Assembly (NCBI GenBank): GCA_027021705.1
Contig: JALUTT010000056.1
Coordinates: 1-64,000 of the forward strand
Source: Anaerolineae bacterium
GTDB taxonomy: Bacteria; Chloroflexota; Anaerolineae; S140-20
Reading direction: 5' to 3'
DNA: 64,000 bases
Shown here: one piece after another, positions 37,523-45,416 of the stretch
Position numbering within the stretch: position 1 is the first letter of the stretch
Layout: each line of letters begins with the position of its first letter
Position numbers and translations under genes: made by a program
The notes under the pieces: model-generated
The model's database searches: none
What the model saw: only the letters and a program-made list of their open reading frames with translations
Told to the model about the DNA's origin: nothing

Positions 37523-38476
37523 ATGAGCGAGATCCTCTTCACCCCCTGGGAAGGAGACGAGGAGCGCCCCCTCCCACCCTTGGAAGCGGTAGGTGGCAAA
37601 GGGCACGGTCTCTACTGGTTGGCCATTCACGGCTTTCCTGTGCCCCCCACCTGGGTGCTCAGCACGGCCGCCTTCGACCTGGCCCTCCAGCGAACCGGAC
37701 TGGGGGAGCAGGTTGCGGAGATCGAGCGAACCATCCTCAGCCTTGAGGACGATTGGGCCACATCCCAGGAAGCGTTGAAAACCCTGGAGCCGATACGCCA
37801 GAAAGTGTCCACGGCGCTGCAACGGGTCGCCCTGCCCGATCGGGTGGGCCGGGCGTTGGAAAAACTGGTGTTGATGCCCACCCAGTGGGCGGTCCGTTCC
37901 TCCGCCACGGCGGAGGACAGCCTCCAGCACAGTTTCGCCGGCCAATTCCTCTCGCTGCTCTCCGTGCCCTCAGGGGTAGCCCTTTGGAAGGCCGTGCGCC
38001 AGGTGTGGGCCTCGGCCTTCGGCCAGAAGGCGCTCACCTACTGTGCCCAAAACCGGATCCCACTCCCCAAGATGGCGGTGATCCTCCAGCCTATGTCCCC
38101 CATCACCGCTCGGGACCGATCGGGCGTGATCTTCAGCCACTCGCCGGTGCCCACGCTGCCCGGCGTGTTGATCCAGGTCGCCTTTGGGACAGGTGAAGTG
38201 GTTGTCGGAGGCTACGGCGGCGACCTTTACAGTGTGCAGGGGGACGAGGTCCAAATCCAGCCGATGCCGGCCGCCCACATCCGGGTGACCGATCCCAAGG
38301 GCTACACGACAAGGGCGGCAACCCCTCCCGGGACAGCCCTCACCGAAGCGGAGGCCCGGCACCTGGCCGCCCTGGCCCTGCAGGTCTCCGAGCAATGGGG
38401 AGGGCCGGTGAACATCGAGTTCGTGTGGCAGGCGGGTCAGGACCCCGTCTTGGTCCAGGTCCGTCCTGCCAAGTAG
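37523..38476 (+). CDS. stand-alone PPDK_N / PEP-pyruvate-binding ATP-grasp subunit
   Basis: VGGKG, GFPVP, AVRSSATAED...SFAGQF, MAVILQ, IEF...LVQVRP. Confidence 0.9.
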   Translation: MSEILFTPWEGDEERPLPPLEAVGGKGHGLYWLAIHGFPVPPTWVLSTAAFDLALQRTGLGEQVAEIERTILSLEDDWATSQEALKTLEPIRQKVSTALQRVALPDRVGRALEKLVLMPTQWAVRSSATAEDSLQHSFAGQFLSLLSVPSGVALWKAVRQVWASAFGQKALTYCAQNRIPLPKMAVILQPMSPITARDRSGVIFSHSPVPTLPGVLIQVAFGTGEVVVGGYGGDLYSVQGDEVQIQPMPAAHIRVTDPKGYTTRAATPPGTALTEAEARHLAALALQVSEQWGGPVNIEFVWQAGQDPVLVQVRPAK

Positions 38477-38605
38477 CGTCGCGGGGAGAGCAGTGGTGTC
38501 TACCGTACGATTCAAATGATCAAGCAGGCTACAGGCCGGGAACCGGAGATCTACCTGGAAGGGAATGAACTGGTGGTCTCTCTGCCTCGAAGGGCCAGGG
38601 GGTAA
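38477..38605 (+). pseudogene. possible 3' remnant of a HATPase_c_4-type gene
   Basis: Start-less frame ESSGVYRTIQMIKQATGREPEIYLEGNELVVSLPR resembles the GSG-R...G-EP...V-LP terminus of that domain. Confidence 0.3.
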
Positions 38606-38608
38606 GGG

Positions 38609-40348
38609 ATGAACCGTACACGGCTTGTCTTCTTCGTCATTCTCTTGGTGGCCTTTTTGATCGTAAGCATCGGGCTGCTGATGCGGGGTCTCCGGCAGAT
38701 CGCCGGTCCAGCAGGTGCCGGGGAGGTCGGTACCCCGCTGCCGCGCGACGCCATCGTCGTCTCCATCCAATCATCCAACACCAAGCAGGATTGGATGAAC
38801 CAGGTCGTGGAGTCCTTCAACGCAGCGGGCTATACCGTGGAAGGGCGGCCCATCGTCGTCACCGTGGAGCACGTGGGCTCCGGCAGTTCGATGCAGGCCA
38901 TCCTCGACGGGGAGGTGCAGCCCGTGGTCTGGAGCCCCGGCAGCAACCTCTGGGTGACCCGCATCAACCAGGCCTGGGAGGACCGGACGGGGCGGCGGCT
39001 GATCACCGGAGACTGCCCGGCTACGCTGCGCCTCCCTTTGGGCATCGCGATGTGGCGTCCGATGGCCGAGGCCCTGGGCTGGCCCGACAAGCCCATCGGC
39101 TGGAACGACATCGCCGCCCTGGCCAACGCTCCGGAGGGCTGGGCGGCCTACGGCCATCCCGAGTGGGGCCAGTTCAAGTTCGGCCACGCCCACCCGGAGC
39201 ACTCCAACTCCGGGATGCTCTCCATCGTCGCCGAGGTCTACGCGGCGGTGGGTACCACCGAGGGGCTCACCGCCGAGATGGTGAAGAGCGCCCCGGTGGT
39301 CGAGAGCATGCGGGCCGTTGAGCAACGGGTCTTTCATTACGGCAAGAAGGATACCGACATCCTGCTTCGGATGACCCAGCGGGGCCCCGAGTACCTCCAC
39401 GCCGTCACCAGCTACGAGGCCAACGTCATCAAGTGGAATCGGGACCACGCCGACGAACTGCGCTTTCCCCTGGTGACCATCTACCCCAGCGACGGCACCT
39501 TCTGGGTGGAGAACCCCTACTGCATCCTGGACAACGCCGACTGGGTGAGCGAGGAGCAGAAGGAGGCTGCGGCCATCTTCCGGGACTACCTCCTCTCACC
39601 GGAGCAGCAGGCGCGGGCGGTGGACTGGGGGCTGCGACCGGCAGATCCCAACGTTCCTCTACGCACTCCCATTGACCTGGAGCATGGGGCCATTCCTTCC
39701 ATCACAATGAACGACGTCCCCCACCTGGCCTACCCCTCCGATGCCATCGTAGGACACATCCTCGATGTCTGGCACCAGGTCAAGAAGAAAGCCACCGTCG
39801 TCCTCCTGCTGGACACCTCCGGGAGCATGCGAGGGGAGAAGATCAAGGGGGCGGTCGAAGGGGCGACGCTCTTCTTGGAGCAGATGTACCCCGACGACGA
39901 GGTCTACGTCATCACCTTTGCCACCGACGTGCTCGAACTGCCGACTTCCGGGCGGGTAGGGGTCGTAGGGGAGTCATTGCGCACCTCGCTTCAGGGCCTC
40001 TACGCCGAAGGGTCAACGGCCCTTTACCAGGCGGTCCTCCAGGCCCTGAGGCGCATCGAGGAGCTACGGGCCGAGGATGAAGCGGCGGGGGAGGCCCGTA
40101 TCTACGGCATCGTCTTGCTCTCCGATGGGAAGAACGAGATCGTGGGCGGTCCTTCGTGGAACGACGTCCTCAGCCGCCTCCCGTCGGGGATGGAGGCCAG
40201 CGGCGTCAAGATCTACACCGTCGCCTACGGGGAAGATGCCGACGAGGACGTGCTCCGCACCCTGGCCAACCGGACCAACGGGAAGTTCTTCACCGGTGAT
40301 GTAAAGAACATCGCCGATGTTTACTTCCTGATCTCGTCGGAGTTCTGA
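38609..40348 (+). CDS. membrane-anchored solute-binding domain plus vWA domain protein
   Basis: N-terminal TM, GSG, HPEHSNSG, MIDAS DTSGSM, LLSDG. Confidence 0.88.
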   Translation: MNRTRLVFFVILLVAFLIVSIGLLMRGLRQIAGPAGAGEVGTPLPRDAIVVSIQSSNTKQDWMNQVVESFNAAGYTVEGRPIVVTVEHVGSGSSMQAILDGEVQPVVWSPGSNLWVTRINQAWEDRTGRRLITGDCPATLRLPLGIAMWRPMAEALGWPDKPIGWNDIAALANAPEGWAAYGHPEWGQFKFGHAHPEHSNSGMLSIVAEVYAAVGTTEGLTAEMVKSAPVVESMRAVEQRVFHYGKKDTDILLRMTQRGPEYLHAVTSYEANVIKWNRDHADELRFPLVTIYPSDGTFWVENPYCILDNADWVSEEQKEAAAIFRDYLLSPEQQARAVDWGLRPADPNVPLRTPIDLEHGAIPSITMNDVPHLAYPSDAIVGHILDVWHQVKKKATVVLLLDTSGSMRGEKIKGAVEGATLFLEQMYPDDEVYVITFATDVLELPTSGRVGVVGESLRTSLQGLYAEGSTALYQAVLQALRRIEELRAEDEAAGEARIYGIVLLSDGKNEIVGGPSWNDVLSRLPSGMEASGVKIYTVAYGEDADEDVLRTLANRTNGKFFTGDVKNIADVYFLISSEF

Positions 40349-40376
40349 CCTTCCCAGGACCATCGGCTGGGAGGTC
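40347..40376 (+). terminator. hairpin after vWA gene
   Basis: GACCTTCCCAG...CTGGGAGGTC stem directly at the stop codon; no clear U tract. Confidence 0.4.
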
Positions 40377-40548
40377 TCCCTCCTAGGGCTTTTCAGCCAG
40401 CGCCCTAACCCTTGGGGGGAATCCTCCCGCAGGTCCTCCCCACGGCCTAAAGCGCGTCGTAGGCCGCTCCCGACAAGCTATGGTGATCGCCGGGTACCGC
40501 GGGGCCTGCGGGAGGGTGATTGAAAAGCCCTATTCCCCCCAGACTCGT

Positions 40549-40577
40549 TTGCCCCTTCTCCCGGCCTGAGGTATAAT
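40549..40577 (+). promoter_or_regulatory. sigma70-type promoter
   Basis: TTGCCC-17 bp-TATAAT, about 235 nt upstream of the response regulator. Confidence 0.65.
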
Positions 40578-40815
40578 CTTCCTGAGTCCCCGCCAGCCCG
40601 TTCTGAGTGCCTGACCCACCCCTCCGATGCCTGCCTCTTCTCCGGCCCCTTCTGGCGCTGGAGGTGCAGGGAAACGCGCAAGTGCCGGTCGTTGCGCTCC
40701 TGGCGGGCTACGGACCGGTCAGGAGTGATGTCCATCCACCAAGTCCAACCGTCCTTACCCCGACCGAAGCCATTGAGTTTCCACCGGTACAGTAGTTACG
40801 GATAGAGGGCAAGCG

Positions 40816-41550
40816 ATGGGGGAGCCAGAGTCCATTTTATTGGTACAGGGGTTTGCGAAGGATACATTGGAGCCCATCCTGGAGCAAGCAGGTCTCTCGG
40901 TCGTGCGGGCCAGGAATGGCAAACAGGCCGTCGAGCAGGTGCAGAAGCGATTACCGGCCATTATCGTCGTGGATGTGACATCGTTGCGGATCGGCCGGCA
41001 GCGTCTCCGGCAAAAGCTGCGTCGTCTGGCCGGTGACCTTCCCATCATCTGGATCACCGATATGAGCAACGGGGTTGAGGCAAGTGGGCCAGCTGACTTT
41101 TATCTCACCCGCCCCTTCTCACCCCAGGAGCTGGTCACCCAAATCCGATCCCTGACTGAGTTGCGAGCCGGGGACTTGGTCTTCCACGTCCTGGAACGCA
41201 CCGTTTATCGGGGCGGGCGAGCAGTCCGACTGACTCCCAAGCAGGCCCGCCTGCTGGAGACCTTTATGCGCCACCCAGGAGAGGTGCTGAGCCGCCGCTT
41301 CCTGATGAAGCACGTCTGGAACACCGATTACCTGGGGGATACCCGTACCCTGGATGTTCACATCCGATGGGTGCGGCAGGCCATCGAGGAAAATCCCAGC
41401 CGTCCGGTGCTCCTGCGGACGGTGCGGGGGGTTGGGTATCGCTTCGAGGTCCCCCCGACATCCGGGGAAGAGGCCCTTGAAGCCCCCTCGGCACTGGAAG
41501 AGATCGGCCCTCCGCCGACGATGATGGAGGGCCTGTTGCCGGAGTCCTGA
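40816..41550 (+). CDS. OmpR/PhoB-family response regulator with atypical receiver
   Basis: wHTH LTPKQ...VW...TRTLDVHIRWVR...TVRGVGY. Confidence 0.9.
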   Translation: MGEPESILLVQGFAKDTLEPILEQAGLSVVRARNGKQAVEQVQKRLPAIIVVDVTSLRIGRQRLRQKLRRLAGDLPIIWITDMSNGVEASGPADFYLTRPFSPQELVTQIRSLTELRAGDLVFHVLERTVYRGGRAVRLTPKQARLLETFMRHPGEVLSRRFLMKHVWNTDYLGDTRTLDVHIRWVRQAIEENPSRPVLLRTVRGVGYRFEVPPTSGEEALEAPSALEEIGPPPTMMEGLLPES

Positions 41551-41556
41551 GCCACG

Positions 41557-43044
41557 TTGGACGATCGAACCCGAAGACCGCATAGTCGGGTGGAGAGGTT
41601 GAGAGCGAACGCTGTCGGCCTCTCCCTCGCTTTTGGAGCGCCCCTGGGGCTTTTCCTCGCCACGATGGCCCCAGGGCTCACCTGGGCCCACGCCGGGGCC
41701 GACGGTGGGGACCTGATCACCGCCGCCTACACCCTGGGCATCCCCCATCCTCCCGGCTACCCTACCTATACTCTCCTGGCCTGGCTCTTCACCCGGCTGC
41801 CCGTGGGGAGTGTGGCTTGGCGCGTCCACCTGCTCTCCGCCGGAGCCACGGCGGGGGCGGCAGCGTTGCTCTTCGAGACCGTGCAGATGTGGGTCGGGGG
41901 AAGGGCCTGGAAGCGGACGGTGGCCGGCCTGGGCGCGGCCTGGAGCCTCGCCTTTGCCCCTCTGGTCTGGTCCCAAGCGATCATCGCCGAGGTCTACGGC
42001 GTCGCTCTCCTCTGGACGGGGCTGGTCTTGCTTCTGGCCTCCCGCCTAGCCCGGGCACCGGTCCCCGGGACGGCACGCCGCTGGGCCTTCCTCCTGGGGC
42101 TCTCCTGGAGCCTGGGGTTGGGGGTCCACCTGACCCTCGTCTTCCTGATCCCCCTGGTGATCTGGGCCGTCCATCGGTCGGAACGGGTCGCCTGGGCCTC
42201 CCTGGCGGGAGGCGTCCTGCTGGGCCTTGCCGTCTGGCTCTACCTGCCCCTGCGGGCCGGACGGGGAAGCGTCACCTGGGGGGAACCGACGGACTGGGCC
42301 GGCTTCTGGTGGCTGGCCTCAGGAGCCCTCTACCGGGGATACCTCTTCGCCCTGCCCGCCCAGGCCCTGCCCGCCCGCCTCGCCTTCCTGCTCCGGCGGA
42401 TGAGCGGTGACCTGGGGTGGCTGGGGGTGATCTGGGCCGGCTGGGGGGTGGGGTGGTTGAAGTCCCACCGCCCCGGCCTGCTGGGGGCAACGGCCCTCAG
42501 CGCAGGGCTCTTCACCGTTTACGCGGTGGGCTACAACACCGCCGACTCCTACGCCTACCTCCTCCCCGTCTTGGCCATCCTCGCTCTGTGGGCAGGGATC
42601 GGGCTGGGAGAGGTGGTGGCACGGGCCGGACGGCGCTGGGGACCGGTCCTGGCCCTGGGAGTGCCGCTGGTCGTGCTGGGGCTGAACTACTCCGCCCTCG
42701 ACCTGAGCCGGGAGCGGGAGGCGCGGGACTTCGTCGCCGGCGTTGAGGCGGCTGCGCCGCCGGGGGCCATCGTGGTGACGGACGCCGACGGCCAGACCTT
42801 CGCCCTCTGGTACGCCCGATTCGTCGAGGGACGACGCCCCGACCTGATCGTGGTGGACCGAGCACTGTGGGGTTATCCCTGGTATCGGCGCTGGCTGGCC
42901 CGGCGCTGGCCTGATCTGGCGGTCCCTTCCGGCGGAGGGGTAGAGGCACTTCTGACCGCCAATCCGGAGCGCCCCTTCTGCGAGGTCCCCGTGGTATGGG
43001 AGGGGGCTTTGACCTGCGTAACTGTTCACCCTCCCGCAGGTTAG
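41557..43044 (+). CDS. DUF2723 (TMEM260-like) GT-C membrane glycosyltransferase
   Basis: DGGDL...LGIPHPPGYP, WSQAIIAEVY, YLPLRA; start uncertain. Confidence 0.85.
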   Translation: MDDRTRRPHSRVERLRANAVGLSLAFGAPLGLFLATMAPGLTWAHAGADGGDLITAAYTLGIPHPPGYPTYTLLAWLFTRLPVGSVAWRVHLLSAGATAGAAALLFETVQMWVGGRAWKRTVAGLGAAWSLAFAPLVWSQAIIAEVYGVALLWTGLVLLLASRLARAPVPGTARRWAFLLGLSWSLGLGVHLTLVFLIPLVIWAVHRSERVAWASLAGGVLLGLAVWLYLPLRAGRGSVTWGEPTDWAGFWWLASGALYRGYLFALPAQALPARLAFLLRRMSGDLGWLGVIWAGWGVGWLKSHRPGLLGATALSAGLFTVYAVGYNTADSYAYLLPVLAILALWAGIGLGEVVARAGRRWGPVLALGVPLVVLGLNYSALDLSREREARDFVAGVEAAAPPGAIVVTDADGQTFALWYARFVEGRRPDLIVVDRALWGYPWYRRWLARRWPDLAVPSGGGVEALLTANPERPFCEVPVVWEGALTCVTVHPPAG

Positions 43045-43200
43045 GCGCGTTTCCGACGCGAAACCGTGCTTCAAATAGCCCATCGGGGCTGAAAGCGCCC
43101 TCGACCGGTGACCTGCGGGGGGGTAAGCTGATCTGGCCTGCGGGGAGTAGGACGTATCAGCTTTCAAGGCAGGGCTTATCAACGCTTTAACCTGGCGCAG

Positions 43201-43229
43201 TTGACGGAAAGAGGGAGTTGGTTTACAAT
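43201..43229 (+). promoter_or_regulatory. sigma70-type promoter
   Basis: TTGACG-17 bp-TACAAT. Confidence 0.7.
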
Positions 43230-43334
43230 TTGCCTTTAGTCTCCCCTACCACAACGTGTTGGGGGGCTCCGGCGTCTCGGAGGGGCGACGCAGAGCTGAA
43301 TCTGCCGGGCTAACACGTGTTTAGGAGGAAAACG

Positions 43335-43736
43335 ATGGCGCAAGGACGATGGTTTATTGGGCTCCTAGTCCTGGGGCTCCTGGTTGGCGTAGGCAGCCAG
43401 GCGCTTGGCGGACGTGTCGTGTGGGCCGTAGGTCCCCACAGCGCCTTCCGTCAGACGGTCCCGACGCCGACGCCGACACCTGTCCCCCCCACTCCCACGC
43501 CTCTGCCCCCACCTCCGACAGCGACACCGGTCCCCCCGCCTCCCCCTACGGCGACGGTCACGGCCCCGGAGCCGACGCCGACGGCTCTGGTGGGCGGGGT
43601 CTCCGTGCAGGCGGATCCATCCCTGCTACCGGAAGCGGGCAGCCGGCTTCCCCTGAGGGGTTGGATCGGCGGTGGGCTGATGCTGCTGGGTATGGTGGCC
43701 TGGACCCTTGCCCTCTGGCGCAGAGGGCTTCGATGA
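43335..43736 (+). CDS. small Pro/Thr-rich protein with LPEAG sortase-type signal
   Basis: Signal peptide, (PT)n linker, LPEAG-TM-RRGLR; AGGAGG RBS. Confidence 0.8.
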   Translation: MAQGRWFIGLLVLGLLVGVGSQALGGRVVWAVGPHSAFRQTVPTPTPTPVPPTPTPLPPPPTATPVPPPPPTATVTAPEPTPTALVGGVSVQADPSLLPEAGSRLPLRGWIGGGLMLLGMVAWTLALWRRGLR

Positions 43737-43751
43737 AAAGGGAGAAGAGCT

Positions 43752-45416
43752 TTGGATCGCAATCGGCTCCTAAACCTCACCCTCCTCGTTGTGGCCGGCC
43801 TGGCGGCAGTCTCACTGGCAGTGTCCGCCAGCCGTTCCGACTGGGCCACGGCCTCTCAACCTGCGGAACGGCTGACCATTCCTACCCCCACCCCCACCCT
43901 GGTGCCCTCGTCCTACGCCCCCGTCGTCGTCAAGAACTATCCCTCCCTCAGCCAGGCAGCAGCCACCACCTTTCCCAACTGCCGCTACGGTGTCGCCGCC
44001 TGGCAAAACCAGATGCAGAACTTCGACATCGTCTCCAATCTGGGGGTGGGTTGGTACCTGGACTTCACGACCCACGAGACCCCTCCGGGACCGGCCCAAG
44101 CCGAATACGTGCAGATGGTCCGGCTGTCGCAGGATCGGGGGGAGAGCGACACCTGTGGGCCTGACTACGGCTACTCGGTCTCGCCTCCTCTGACGGACGC
44201 CGGCCTGGGTGCGCTGGTGGACGCCAACCCGGGGGCGCTGTGGATCGTCGGCAACGAGCCAGACCGCCGAACGGTGCAGGATGACATCTGTCCGCAGCAG
44301 TACGCCGAAGCCTACCACGACGTCTACCAGTTCATCAAAAGTCGGGACCCAACGGCCCAGGTCGCCGTGGCCGGCCTGGTGGAGGTCTCCCCGGGCCGCC
44401 TGCAGTACCTGGACATCGTCTGGGAGACCTACCTGGAGAAGTACGGCACGCCAATGCCGGTGGACGTGTGGACCGTCCACGTCTACATCCTGTCGGAGTC
44501 GAACGAGGGCGACGCCCACATCGCCCTGGGCACCGATCCCGCCCTGGCCATCCCCCACAGCTCCGATTGTGCCGACCCCAACTCCTACTGCTACGCTGAG
44601 CACGACGACGTGAACCTCTTCGCCGAGCAGATCGTGAGGATGCGGGAGTGGATGAAACGCCGTGGTCAGCAGAACAAGCCCCTGCTGATCACCGAGTACG
44701 GTATCCTGCTCCCCTATAACTACTACGGCACCTGCACCCTCGAAACCTGCCCGCCGGAGGGAGCGCCGGGCTGCTTCTGTGACGAGAACAAGGAAACCTT
44801 CCACCCTCGGCGTGTCGCCGACTACATGACGGCCACCTTCGACTACCTGATGACGGCGACCGACCCAGACCTGGGCTATCCCGCCGATAACTACCGTCTG
44901 GTCCAACAGTGGCTCTGGTTCAGCCTGGCCTACGATCGGGAGGGTCACGCCAGCAACTTGATGGACTCCGACACCTACACCCTTACCCTGCCGGGATGGA
45001 CCTGGCGCAACTACGTGGCGACCATCTCCCCCACGATCAACCTGATCCCGGCTCAGGTGCCGGTGATCGTGGCGCGATCCGCCAACGGCACGGGTCCGGT
45101 AACGGTTACCCTGACCGCTGAGGTGAGGAACAACGGCAACGCCACCTCGGCAGGGACGGTGACCGTCACCTTTTACAGCGACGCAGGATTGACGACACCC
45201 ATCGGCTCGGCGACTTTCACCGACCTGGGAGGGTGTGCGCGACGCGCAGCCGTGGTGACGACCACGTGGGCCAATCTGGAGACGGGCTTGCATCCCTTCT
45301 GGGTGCGGGTGGATAGCACCGACGTGATCAACGAGAATGGGGAGGCAGACAACGTCGCGCAGGGAGCGGTTATGGTCAACCCCTTCGATCTCTTCCTCCC
45401 AGTACTTCTGCGATGA
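43752..45416 (+). CDS. exported clan GH-A-like glycoside hydrolase with CARDB-like domain
   Basis: Signal peptide, WIVGNEPD, LLITEYG, VRNNGN...VDS...E.DN, terminal FDLFLPVLLR. Confidence 0.7.
   Translation: MDRNRLLNLTLLVVAGLAAVSLAVSASRSDWATASQPAERLTIPTPTPTLVPSSYAPVVVKNYPSLSQAAATTFPNCRYGVAAWQNQMQNFDIVSNLGVGWYLDFTTHETPPGPAQAEYVQMVRLSQDRGESDTCGPDYGYSVSPPLTDAGLGALVDANPGALWIVGNEPDRRTVQDDICPQQYAEAYHDVYQFIKSRDPTAQVAVAGLVEVSPGRLQYLDIVWETYLEKYGTPMPVDVWTVHVYILSESNEGDAHIALGTDPALAIPHSSDCADPNSYCYAEHDDVNLFAEQIVRMREWMKRRGQQNKPLLITEYGILLPYNYYGTCTLETCPPEGAPGCFCDENKETFHPRRVADYMTATFDYLMTATDPDLGYPADNYRLVQQWLWFSLAYDREGHASNLMDSDTYTLTLPGWTWRNYVATISPTINLIPAQVPVIVARSANGTGPVTVTLTAEVRNNGNATSAGTVTVTFYSDAGLTTPIGSATFTDLGGCARRAAVVTTTWANLETGLHPFWVRVDSTDVINENGEADNVAQGAVMVNPFDLFLPVLLR

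Noticed and set aside
34094..38476. Frameshifted PEP synthase or rifampicin phosphotransferase pseudogene
   Set aside because: Gene order is reversed relative to the fused enzyme, each ORF has its own start and intact motifs, and split architectures are known
40437..40500. c-di-GMP-I riboswitch (CACGGCCTAA...ATGGT...GCCGGGTACC resemblance)
   Set aside because: The GGCAAA-stem-GAAA-GACGCAAAG half is absent
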